Shown here piece after piece: positions 1 through 10,800 of a stretch of 64,000 nucleotides of DNA. Source of the DNA: Macrostomum hystrix (Eukaryota > Animalia > Platyhelminthes). The stretch is from assembly GCA_950097015.1 (NCBI GenBank), contig CATNEN010000002.1, forward strand, positions 6,324,001 through 6,388,000, read 5' to 3'. The translations under genes and the position numbers were made by a program. The number at the start of each line of letters is the position of its first letter. Position 1 is the first letter of the stretch. The notes under the pieces were generated by a model. It ran no database searches. It was not told the DNA's origin and saw only the letters and a list, made by a program, of their open reading frames with translations.

Positions 1-253
1 GAATGAGCATGGCAGAGGCAAGAAGAATGAGCATGGCAGAGGCAAGAAGAATGAGCATGGAAGAGGCAAGAAGAATGAGCATGGCAGAGGCAAGAAGAAT
101 GAGCATGGCAGAGGCAAGAAGATTGAGCATGGCAGAGGCAAGAAGAATGAGCATGGCAGAGGCAAGAAGATTGAGCATGGCAGAGGCAAGAAGAATGAGC
201 ATGGCAGAGGCAAGAAGAATGAGCATGGCAGAGGCAAGAAGAATGAGCATGGC
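1..253. repeat. 24-bp minisatellite (GAATGAGCATGGCAGAGGCAAGAA), about 10.5 copies, truncated by window edge
   Basis: Period-24 repeat read directly; the MSMAEARR ORF is its translation. Probably intronic in the downstream Ly6-like gene. Confidence 0.95.
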
Positions 254-434
254 TTCGAGTTAAGAAATAAATTCTGCTGTGGGTAACTAATCGGGTTCAA
301 CTGGGAATCATGAAAACCGAATGAAAAAGGAATGGAACAGCACCTGAGATCAGTGGCAGAACTCGGTGTGACAGAGCTCAGATAAAACCAAAATGCAAAG
401 CAAATGAGCCGTGGATTGCCCCACTCTTCTTCAG

Positions 435-2481
435 TTCGGCTCCGGCTACTATTCTGCTGGCTGCGGCTCCTGCAACTCCACCGCGAATCCAACATGCGTG
501 ACCTGCAGCTCTGACCTGTGCAACTCAGCGACTCCTTCAGCCATCAGCTGCTATAGAAGAATACTAAATTTTTGGAGTGCGACCAACAATGGACAGACCG
601 AAACTTGTCAGCATGGAATTAGCACCTGCTACTCGTTTGTTGCCTCCTATGGTGTAAGTTCCTATTATGAATGAGCTTTTCTGCCTACAGATTCTAAATA
701 TGAAAAATCTGTATTAATACTACTCAATATTAGCTCATTTTCATTGTCAATACATTGACAATTTCAGGGTTGGTACAACTACTTCGGCGGTTGCGGCGCC
801 TGCAGCCCAGACACGATTCCGTCATGTCAGACATGCACCGGTGACTACTGCAACACCATGGATACAGGAACTCTCACCTGCGCTACAAGTACAAACGGCA
901 GCAGTATGAGCAATAACCCTGTCTCCTGTCTCAGGGGATTAAACAGCTGCTACTCACTCACCAAACCCATTGTGAGCTGCAGCTTTTACCTGTTGTCAAT
1001 ATCAGCCAGTGTGCTCCCACTGTGATCTGCTCTTGAACTCAGCCTCCAATATCGATCATTCCAGATAGTGGTGCAGGCGTACAGTTTCAGCAACCTCCTC
1101 GGTGGCTGCGGTGTCTGCACGCCGACAACAAGCGCCCTCTACGGCTGCACAATGTGCAACACCAGCAACTGCAACTCCAGGGCCCCAGCAACAACTGGCA
1201 GCGCAGCCAATCCGAGCGGAAACCCGACCAACTCGCCAAGCACAGGTACCGCAGCAGGTGGCTTCAGCTGCTACTACAGCTTCGGCCAGACTGACTTAAC
1301 CAGCACGCAGAACGTCAGCTGTCCGTCATCGAGCAGCTGCTTCGAGTACAGCTTCAGCTACGGAGTGAAGAATGTGAGCCAACGAGAGAATTTTTTTATC
1401 TATAGTATGGGGAGCTTTGAAAGGCCAAATCTGTTTATCAGTCGCACTAATTCAAACGACTAAAACGAACTGTACAACCCAATTTAACAATACTAATTAA
1501 AAACCTACAGTTCTACTGCCTAACCTGCTCAATCACATCAGCTCCATCCTCTCACCTGCAGTTCTACATCTCAGCCTGCTCAATCACATCAGCTCCATCC
1601 TCTCACCTGCAGTTCTACATCTCAGCCTGCTCAATCACATCAGCTCCATCCTCTCACCTGCAGTTCTACTTCTCAGGCTGCTCAATCACATCAGCTCCAC
1701 CCTCTCACCTGCAGTTCTACTTCTCAGCCTGCTCACTCACATCAGCTCCATCCTCTCACCTGCAGTTCTACTTCTCAGCCTGCTCAATCACATCAGCTCC
1801 ATCCTCTCACCTGCAGTTCTACTTCTCAGCCTGCTCAATCACATCAGCTCCATCCTCTCACCTGCAGTTCTACTTCTCAGCCTGCTCAATCACATCAGCT
1901 CCATCCTCTCACCTGCAGTTCTACTTCTCAGCCTGCTCAATCACATCAGCTCCATCCTCTCACCTGCAGTTCTACTTCTCAGCCTGCTCAATCACATCAG
2001 CTCCTACCTCTCACCTGCAGTTCTACTTCTCAGGCTGTGGCAGCTGTCCCTTCAGCAGCGGCACCGACTGTCGCACCTGCAGCTCGAGCTTGTGCAACTC
2101 ACCTCGGAGAAAGTCCGGCACGAGATGCTACTTCAGCTTCGGTGACAGTGCGCAGAGCAAATCCGTGGTCGACTGTCCGTCATCCAGCAGCTGCTTCAGC
2201 TACACCTACAATTACGGACTGGCCAAGGTGAGTTCTTGTGCTCAGCCTCATTCTGCTGTGAGTTCACATGAGTTTGAGCATTGCTGGTGATCTGCGAACC
2301 CGCGCATTTTCAGTTCTTCTTTGCCGGCTGCGGCAACTGCACATTCGACAGCGGCACGACGAACTGCCGCACCTGCTTCACCGACCTCTGCAACTCGGGC
2401 TCCGCACTGGGCTGCTCCGCTGCTGCTGCTGCTGCTGCCGCTGCTGTGGTCTTTGGACTGAACCTCATGAAGCTCTTCTGA
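435..2481 (+). CDS. Multi-domain Ly6/uPAR (three-finger)-like, cysteine-rich, probably GPI-anchored surface protein; 5' end not identified
   Basis: Exons 435-653, 768-971, 1065-1373, 2021-2227 and 2314-2481 are bounded by AG/GT, all phase 0. They encode repeated C..C..C..GC-x2-C..C-x2-C-x4-CN domains (4 complete plus one half) and end in CNSGSALGCSAAAAAAAAAVVFGLNLMKLF*, a GPI-signal-like tail. Confidence 0.8.
1511..2020 (+). repeat. 51-bp minisatellite, 10 copies, spanning an intron-exon junction of the Ly6-like gene
   Basis: Unit TTCTACTTCTCAGCCTGCTCAATCACATCAGCTCCATCCTCTCACCTGCAG. AG dinucleotides recur at 1510, 1561, 1612, 1663 and onward to 2020. Confidence 0.95.
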
Positions 2482-3890
2482 AGCTTCATTTTCTGAGAAA
2501 CTGTGAATTACGAGCTCGTATCACGTGACTTTTTGCCTCAGTTTGACTGCCAACTCGCTTCTGCTTTCGGTTCACTTTTGAGCCACTGACAGGTCGCACT
2601 TTCAGGATTGCTGTCTGCCAGTTGGGAGTGTCTGATGTCACACTTTTCTTTTAAACTGAATTATTCAAGGTTTCACGTTGCTGATTCCTTGCTCCAACAA
2701 ATTATTTTATTCTTGCTTTTTACATCACATGAATATTCAATTCGTTTTCAACCCAGTATTTATTGATCCAGTTGAATCCAGCTCAAATCACATGTATCAA
2801 CGGCTCTGAACAATGTCCAACACGAATAATCAAAATTATGCTTATTTCGTTGAGGTGAATTTCCACTACCAAAATTTTGTTTTTCAACTTCTTAAAGTCG
2901 AAATACCGCCCAAAATACACTGAAGTCAAAGTTAATTCATATCTAATCCATGATTTAAAGATTCAAAGCCAGTTCCCAAAAAATTAATAGTTTTCTGTTT
3001 GAGTGTAGCGAGTGAGAAACTCACAAACATTTTGCTTTTTATATGTATAATTAACAGAGACTGTGTCCTGGAAATATTTTTGATGTGTCTCAGAGTATGG
3101 TAAAGTAGAAACGAAATTGCACAACACACTACTCATGAGAGTTCATAGTAGCATACTCTGCGCGTAAAAGCAATAATAATCCGTAGCGCAACAGAAAACA
3201 AGCTATTACCAGTTTATCTGCCAACTACATGTCATTATTCTGCCAATTTTGAAACAATCGTCCGTCAATAACTCATGTTAAGATCAAAGCAAGCTGCCGA
3301 CAGTGACAGTAACGAGTAAAATTATGAACGCATCACACATAAGTCACGTTAGACGTAATTTCCTTCCCATGCGAAAGAAACCTTGAAATATAAACATCCT
3401 CCTGCCAAACTCGTTAAATGCTGAATATTTTGACAGGCGGTACCCTGAAAAATTCCTGAAATATTTCAAAAGAGGCTATCGACTCTTCACGGGGACCTCT
3501 AAAATGAGTAGTCGAATAAGAAACGACTCCAGAGGATCAACTACTCGTCCGTACTCATTTATTCCAGTCGGGCTTGTGTTATAGGCCTCTTTTCTTATTT
3601 CTTACTAAACTCAAAATTCCAATAATACGAATCCCACCGCTGCCTCTAAAGTTGTTGCAGGGCTATTCTATAATATTTAATATCCCACGAATGCCACCAA
3701 AGTTGTACTAGGGCGGATCTCACTGCTGCTGTCTCAATTTAATAGATATTTAGACTGGCGGTCCTTAAATGGGCCGTTTTAACTCCTCAATATGGTAGCG
3801 TATGTGTTGCACGAGCGGTAATTACATAGGCACTATATGTACTTTCCAGCCGATTAGGCGTCCCCGAGATTAGAGGTTAGCAGTTCCCTC

Positions 3891-4063
3891 TTAGTGATAT
3901 TCTTAGTATAAATCTGAGTATTGGTCTTAGTATAGGTATAAGTATGGTTATCAGTATAGTTCTTAGTATGGTTCTCAGTATAGTTCTTAGTATGGTTCTC
4001 AGTATAGTTCTTAGTATAGTTCTTAGTATGGTTCTCAGTATAGTTCTTAGTATAGTTCTTAGT
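3891..4063. repeat. 12-bp minisatellite (TAGTATAGTTCT and variants) abutting the LINE 3' tail
   Basis: Read directly; degenerate at the left edge. Confidence 0.9.
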
Positions 4064-7000
4064 ATTATTATTATTATTATTATTATTAAAACGCGCACGC
4101 CATCTATGGGTGCTGATTTTTTTTATATATTTTTTTTAACAACACATTTAAATGAACAACGAAAAGCAACATAAAAAGCGAAGTTAAGTAGGAATCAAAT
4201 ATCGAGCTGGGAAGGGAAAGCAAAGGTATTAAAAATAAGAGCAGTAAAAACACAAGGGACGCCAGGGATAAAACAAATTATGAAATATCTATTGTTGAAT
4301 GCTAGTAAAATCTCGTAGTCTCAGGGCAGCTGTTCCCTTATTTTAGATATTTCTATGATGTATTTTGCTAAAGCTTCAGCGGTTTCCCTATCGTCTTGAG
4401 CCATTATGTAGTTAGATTTTTCTTCTGCTGTTAAGGATATGAAATTGGGGGTTTTCCCAGAAACTTCCGTCTCAAATTTCGAACGTGCTGCGCTATACTT
4501 ATTCCAAGTGCACTTAAAAAGGAAGTGGACCTCGTTTTCAACTTCTGTTTTGCACTTACTACATAATCTATTTACATACGGAATTATCGGTCTCGCAGTT
4601 CGCAATGTTTCGCAAGCTAGCTTATGGTTTCCTAGTCTAAACGAGGCTATGGTACGTCTCCACTCCGGGTTGTATATTTGTTGTAAATATTTTTCGGCTG
4701 AATAATATTGCTTGAAGGAGTAATAGAAGTGACTTAGCTTGCTTGAGTTCTGTGTCCTTTGTCTCCAATGGGTATCGAACTGAGAAACGAAATTTTTCCT
4801 GTGGTTTCCAATTGCTTTTGCAGGACTAATGCCTCTGCAGTTCAGCATAACCTCATTGTTGGTCTTTGCTTTGATTCCAACATCACTGTATGTTTGGTCC
4901 GCCAATAACTTGGAAATTATGGAGTCCGGCCGGCTTGTTATGGAGGCCCAGTACGAAATGCTTCTTTTCTGGATGTTGCATAATAAAGGCAATCTGCCTA
5001 ACTCCGAGCGGGCCCCGTTGCCATCCGTATTTTGGCTGACTTGTAGTATGGCTTTACAGCACCTGATGTTTACTCTTTCAAAAAGACAGCGGTCCCAAGG
5101 ACCCAGGTTCCACGAGACAAAAGCCCCCCAGGCCTCAGAGGCGTACAGAGCTATGCTTTCTATCATTGCTGTGCAGTACAGCATGAGCTGATTGTATCTG
5201 ACCGCCCCATGGCTGGCTAATTTCCTTAAGAGAAGAATAGGATATCCACATTTTTTGTTAATCTCTGTGGCATGGGAATCCACGGTTCCTTTAGCATTGA
5301 TGTGAAAGCCAAGATATTTCCATTCTTTTACGCTATCTAACAGTTGTCCCTGCAGAAATAGTTTGTTAGCCGTCTTTGATGGGTCAGGGCAACAGCTTAT
5401 AACCTTAGTTTTTTGCATATTGATTTCTAGCTTGTGGCTCTGACAAAATTCAGACACTTTATCGAGGCCCTTCTGCAACTCTCGAGGATTCTCTCCAAAG
5501 ATCACTAGATCATCGCAGTATAGCAAGTTGTTGATTTGTTCATCTTTAATGAAGGTGTCGCTGCGAAATGAATCCCTTAGCATTGTGCTCAAAGGATCTA
5601 TATAGAGTGAGAAGAGTAGAGGGGATAGGGGACAGCCTTGTCTTACTCCATTTGTTATGCTCCTTGCCTTAGTTGCTTGGCCATCTGAGATCTTCAGTTG
5701 GAATTTAGCTCCTGAGTACATGCTTTGTATTGCTTCGATTATTTCTGGGCTGACCTTTAACTCCCTAAGTCGTTGGAAAAGTGTTGGATGGTGGACCATG
5801 TCAAATGCGCTTTTTAAGTCAAAGAACACTAAGTGAAATGGTCTTTTGCGACGCTTTTTGTTGTGGATCAACGTCAAGAGAGTGGCAATGTGGTCTGAAG
5901 TTCGGTAGCCCTTTCTATTTCCTATTTGACTGGCTGAAAGCAAGTCGAGGGTGCGAATATGAGTTTCTAGCTTTTCATAGATAAGTGAGGCAAACAGGCG
6001 AGCCAGGGCAGGCAGCACGCTTATGGGTCTGTAGTTTTTGGGGTCACTACGGGAACCCTTTTTATAAATCGGTGTGATTAGGGCATTTGACCACTGTGCA
6101 GGAGTCTGGCCGAGTCTTACGCTTGCGTTAAAAAGCTTCAGAAGTACGGGTTTTAGCTTCTCTTGTCCGTAGATAATGTGCTCATTTGTTATACCATCTA
6201 TTCCTGCAGCCTTTCTTCTCTTTAGCTTTTTAACTGCTCTATCGAGATCTACGCAGCTAATTAAATCTTCGGGACTAACTGCTTCATCTGTGCGATGCGG
6301 CTGGGTTCCCGAAGAAGGATGTGCGTTAAACACTTTGGTTAGGTTGTCCGCGATGTCAGCGATTGGGGCTTGAGATCTGTTAAGTCCCCTGCTGGGGAAC
6401 AGCAACTCTTCTGCTCTTCTAAGACCGGACCAGAATCCCTTTGAGGTTCCGTTAGCCGCCATTTTCTGAATGCAGTCATTTATGTCCATCTGCTTAAGTT
6501 TCTTGAGCTGTTGTTTGTATTTTTTCGCTAGCCCATTATATTCTGATGCCAGCGCGCTGTCAGTTGGTCTACGTCTTTTTTTCCTGGCCACGTACTTTAA
6601 TGATTTGCTCAAGTTTCTTAGTGTCTCGTCTCGATTTGTCCAGAACTTGTTCGGAATGATTGTCTTTGCGCAGCTTTCTGCCACTGAGTCTCTAAGCAGG
6701 TTGGTCAAGCTCGAGAACAAATTTTCCAGGGATTCTCCATCGTGTGCGTCGATAGATTGCAACTTTCTAATTATTTCTTCGCTTTGTTTGTTATTCAATG
6801 CCTCAATGTAACTTCCCTGCGTTTCAGTGTCCCATCTTGGAGGCATTGGGAAGGATTCATGTTTTTCCTGGTTTGCGTGTTCGGGTTGGACATGATCAGG
6901 AAAAATCAGAGTGACTGTTAGCGGGCAATGTCTGGACAGAAAGCTTTGAGGATGAATAAAGAAGTCTTTTATAATATCCACTTTATCCATGGATGCAATA

Positions 7001-7697
7001 GCGTAGTCTATGGTACTTCGGCCTAGTGTGCTACTAAACGTGTAATTTCCCATAATGTCACCCTGAGTCATTCCGTTCAGAATCGTGCTCTTGGTCTCGG
7101 AGCACATTTCCATCAGTCTTAATCCATGCTTGTTTTTCTCAGAGTCCTGATTCTGTCTGGGAAACTTATCCCTAGTGCTGGGCTGTAATGTGCCAGTTCG
7201 TGCATTGAAGTCACCTACTGTTAATACGGAGCCCTCTCTTGAGAAGAGCTGGATGAGATATTTAATCTCCTCCCATATATCTTCTTTGTAGTATTTAGAA
7301 TTTTCCGGTGGGATATAACACCCTAAGATATACAGGGGTTCTTCAGACTGCTTTTGCTTTATTTTTAGTACCAGAGCGAAGTCAGATTTGTGCACTAATG
7401 TGGTTCTCTTTGCAATATTATTTTTAACGAGGAAAACCATGCCATTTGATAATCTACCTTTGTTGATTCCCCTTGCCTTGATTCCATCTGCTCCAAAGCA
7501 GGTGAAATCTATCAGCGTGTTTGAGTCTAGCTGCTCCTGTTTGGCGTGGGTCTCACAGAGGAAAACTATGTCTCTATTCCTAATATGTTCGTGGAAACAT
7601 GGTGATTCCATTTTGCATTCTCCACTGAGCATCAGTCCATCTATGTTCCAACTGGTGATAATCAACTCTGATTTATTATAAGTAACCTTCTTTTCGC
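4064..7697 (-). mobile_element. Non-LTR retrotransposon (APE + RT + C-terminal CCHC; RTEX/L2-like clade uncertain), probably 5'-truncated, with (TAA)8 tail
   Basis: Uninterrupted 1114-aa ORF. (ATT)8 at 4064-4087 on + equals a (TAA)n tail on -. The same 12-mer repeat occurs on both flanks. Confidence 0.9.
4321..7665 (-). CDS. LINE ORF2: apurinic-like endonuclease, reverse transcriptase, zinc knuckle
   Basis: APE motifs SWNIDGL, FLCETH, VGDFNAR, STIDY and SRHCPL. RT motifs YRPIS, FFDLKSAFD, GVRQGCPLSP, YCDD and YLG. C-terminal CSKC-x8-H-x4-C. First ATG (7632) lies inside the APE domain. Confidence 0.93.
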   Translation of the reverse strand: MIITSWNIDGLMLSGECKMESPCFHEHIRNRDIVFLCETHAKQEQLDSNTLIDFTCFGADGIKARGINKGRLSNGMVFLVKNNIAKRTTLVHKSDFALVLKIKQKQSEEPLYILGCYIPPENSKYYKEDIWEEIKYLIQLFSREGSVLTVGDFNARTGTLQPSTRDKFPRQNQDSEKNKHGLRLMEMCSETKSTILNGMTQGDIMGNYTFSSTLGRSTIDYAIASMDKVDIIKDFFIHPQSFLSRHCPLTVTLIFPDHVQPEHANQEKHESFPMPPRWDTETQGSYIEALNNKQSEEIIRKLQSIDAHDGESLENLFSSLTNLLRDSVAESCAKTIIPNKFWTNRDETLRNLSKSLKYVARKKRRRPTDSALASEYNGLAKKYKQQLKKLKQMDINDCIQKMAANGTSKGFWSGLRRAEELLFPSRGLNRSQAPIADIADNLTKVFNAHPSSGTQPHRTDEAVSPEDLISCVDLDRAVKKLKRRKAAGIDGITNEHIIYGQEKLKPVLLKLFNASVRLGQTPAQWSNALITPIYKKGSRSDPKNYRPISVLPALARLFASLIYEKLETHIRTLDLLSASQIGNRKGYRTSDHIATLLTLIHNKKRRKRPFHLVFFDLKSAFDMVHHPTLFQRLRELKVSPEIIEAIQSMYSGAKFQLKISDGQATKARSITNGVRQGCPLSPLLFSLYIDPLSTMLRDSFRSDTFIKDEQINNLLYCDDLVIFGENPRELQKGLDKVSEFCQSHKLEINMQKTKVISCCPDPSKTANKLFLQGQLLDSVKEWKYLGFHINAKGTVDSHATEINKKCGYPILLLRKLASHGAVRYNQLMLYCTAMIESIALYASEAWGAFVSWNLGPWDRCLFERVNIRCCKAILQVSQNTDGNGARSELGRLPLLCNIQKRSISYWASITSRPDSIISKLLADQTYSDVGIKAKTNNEVMLNCRGISPAKAIGNHRKNFVSQFDTHWRQRTQNSSKLSHFYYSFKQYYSAEKYLQQIYNPEWRRTIASFRLGNHKLACETLRTARPIIPYVNRLCSKCKTEVENEVHFLFKCTWNKYSAARSKFETEVSGKTPNFISLTAEEKSNYIMAQDDRETAEALAKYIIEISKIREQLP

Positions 7698-8920
7698 AGT
7701 ATGGTTCTTAGTATAGTACTCAGTATATTGTAGTGTCAGCTTGTTTGTACTTCTGTCTCCCCGTGTTATTTTTCAGTGCTTAATTATCTATTTTTAGACG
7801 CGTGTGTTTTTTGCTAAGAGTCACCCACGCCAAGCCGGGCCGGACCAGCTGGGGGAACGGACGGCCACCACCCCGCGAGCGCTACCCCTGGGCTACGGTC
7901 CCGGCCAATCAGCGAGCGACCTGGCCTCACTACCTGTCTACCCTCGGCAAGAAGCAACCCCGGGGCTCAGAACGGCGGTCGCAAGTCTACTGTGATTTGT
8001 CACCTTGGCTCAAGCTACAGCCAGGCATCCACCTCGCCGATCGACCTAGTTTGGGGTTGAAATGACTCTATATAACGATTCAGATTCCCTGCTGCTATTG
8101 AAACGATTGGTAGTACACCGACCCCGGTGAATAGTGCATAGTCGCTAGCTTTAAAAATTCCTCTCGCTCCAGCTAGGACATTCATTTTATTACAATATCT
8201 CTCAATATCTTCTCACAAATGACTAACACAATGAATTCTTTCCTCAAATCACTATTTTATATCTCGAACACGCTTAAAGCTTTAACAATGACTTGACTTT
8301 CGGTCAACAATTTTACTCACACACTCTCTTACTCTCTTACACGCACGGTGAGTTTATTTTTCTGTCTGAAAAACTGCGGCTATATACAAGAGTTTTTTAG
8401 CATTTGTTTAAATGGTGAATTTTCACAAAATAATATTTACACGGTCATCATTAAAACAAAAATATTCATACAGTATTACTTTCAATATAGTAAAGAGTAA
8501 AACAAAATTTTGTTATTTTTTTGCGCGTATTTAATTTCTAGATTTTTTAGTATTTTTATAAAACGTATTTACAAAAAATGAAACATATTTACACTAAAAC
8601 TGATAATGTATTTACACCGTTACACTTGTTTGCCTGCTTCTCAACAGCCAGTCATTGTGACTGTTGAGAAGACCCTGCGCGGTCTCATGATATCCAACGC
8701 GTGCCCTCTAGGGTTCGGGTTCGAAGGTCCCATGTGCGTCTACAGCAACACGTAGACATTGACACAGGGTGACCTGTGCCGATTCAGCGAACAGATGGCC
8801 GCCAAGCTGTCCCTATAAACAGCGATTTCAGCGCCCTGGAAATTTTGATTGCTGAGTATCCGTTATTAGGCAGCTATTATCAATTTATGCTTTTATTAGT
8901 GGAGTAACTCAAGCAATGAG

Positions 8921-9325
8921 TCATGCCTCTGATAGCTGGCTCAAACATGACTGGCTGACCTGAGCACAAAGAAACACGATTCCTAAACTGTGGAGGTCAC
9001 TGCGGTGGCTTGTGGCGCAGCTGTGAATGACTGTCGCGTCCCAGGCCATCAGCCGCCCCCGCTCGAAAGTCGCAACTGTGATCCCGTCGAATTGCCGCGA
9101 GTGGCGCGCCGCCAGACCTTCCGGCTCGAGCACCGGAGGCCTCGCCTCGCGGCACTCGCAGACTCCAGGAGCCGCAACCGGCAGGCCGAGGCGCGGACCG
9201 AGTGAAGTGGACAGTTCGATGTCCGTCAGGTGTGTCCCATCCCGGCTGCTCGGCAGGTCGAGGAGCAGCGCCGTGGACTCGGGAGTGGGTGCAGCGTGAA
9301 GCCGTGCGATGTCACGAGGCGACAT
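8921..9325 (-). mobile_element. Degenerate fragment of a CRE-like non-LTR retrotransposon (restriction-like endonuclease region)
   Basis: Translation RLHA..P.S.ALLLDLPS..DG..L......LG.RLGLP....C.C..LEPEGL...FDG.T......G..MAWDATV matches the remembered C-terminal pattern of CRE/RLE elements. The PDG motif is altered and the zinc-finger segment appears deleted. Confidence 0.6.
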
Positions 9326-10394
9326 CAGAGGAGATTTTACCAGTCATTTACGCTCGTACATATTCTTCACTTTTTTGCTGTCGCATGATCGGACTCGGTG
9401 GAGGCGTGTGAATTTTACGACTTTTTTTCCTCCTCATAACGTGAAAAGATAAGACACTTTGCTCAACGCCTTTCTGAAGCCCATGAGTGTTATTTTAGCA
9501 GTTTTTTGTGCCATTATTAATTTTGAGTTCTCTCCGCGACACCTTGTAGCTTCATCTCCAACGTCCACACACTCTAAACCTATTTCCATATAGTGTTTAA
9601 CCTGGCTCTTCCGTCGAGCGTTCTTCTCACAATGCCTGATACCCTCTTGAATAAGCCACTCAATAGCATTTTACAGTTGTATCTACAGCTGCCATTCTAT
9701 CGTAAGATGCTAAATGTGTTTTGGATCCCAGGCACACATTAAAAGCGTTCATTGTGCCGATTCTAGGAAACGAAAGACTTCTCAGTCTGCAATCATTAAT
9801 GGCTTCTAAACCATCATTAAACCTATTGTCGAACCACTTATTCTCATCTCAACAGTGGCTGCTTGCCACACTGAGGCAGTAGAAAGGGCAAGACACAAAG
9901 GCTCCATATGCTATACAAAACCGTGAATCACTGACGAAAACATAGCAAACTGGCCTCTTAATACTTGAAGAGAACTGCAAACCTTTTGAAGACAGTTTGA
10001 GTTCCAGCTGCCCAACCGTGTCTGCCTCCCATGGCCGGGTCTCCGTTTCTGCTTCTTCTCTTCCTCATTGCTGTCAGCTTAGGTATCATGATTCACCTGT
10101 GCTTACTGTTCTTGTCCTGCTCATGATTGTAGCATCACAGCTCCATGCTATCTGGTTACTATTTCAGACTGCTGCCGGGCTATCGGCTGCTTCTCACGCA
10201 ATGGAACCTCGCTCATTGACAATGGGACGAATGTGACTTGGGGTTCGGCAGTTGATAGGTGCTACTCATACTCTAGCAATTCCGATGGAGTAACTGTTGT
10301 AGGACAATGTCCGGAGGGAGCGAATCTCATTGACCCCAAATCCAACCCCAAATCCAACCCCAAATCCAACAAATAGAGAGAGCTGAGAGGTCTG

Positions 10395-10800
10395 CTACAG
10401 AAGCTGTAGGAATCACAGAAGCTGTAGGAATCACAGAAGCTGTAGGAATCACAGAAGCTGTAGGAATCACAGAAGCTGTAGAAATCACAGAAGCTGTAGA
10501 AATCACAGAAACTGAAGAAATCACAGAAACTGAAGAAATCACAGAAACTGAAGAAATCACAGAAGCTGTAGACATCACGGAAGCTGTAGACATCACAGAA
10601 ACTGTAGACATCACAGAAGCTGTAGACATCACAGAAACTGTAGACATCACAGAAGCTGTAGTAATCACAGAAGCTGTAGACATCAGAGAAGCTGTAAACA
10701 TCACAGAAGCTGTAGACATCACAGAAGCTGTAGACATCACAGAAACTGTAGACATCACAGAAGCTGTAGACATCACAGAAGCTGTAGACATCAGAGAAGC
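10395..10800. repeat. 18-bp minisatellite (ACATCACAGAAGCTGTAG), about 22 copies
   Basis: Read directly; preceded by three copies of CCAAATCCAACC. Confidence 0.95.

Noticed and set aside
7850-7930. HDV-like ribozyme suggested by CTCGCT flanked by GTC/GAT and GGCC stems on the minus strand
   Set aside because: No P2 helix can be placed between P1 and P3, and the L3 start does not fit the consensus.
9440-10060. Possible decayed hAT/ZMYM-type transposase on the minus strand (FC.YC-like and CL.F..YEE-like scraps)
   Set aside because: Many stops and frameshifts; the motifs are too degenerate to support without a profile search.
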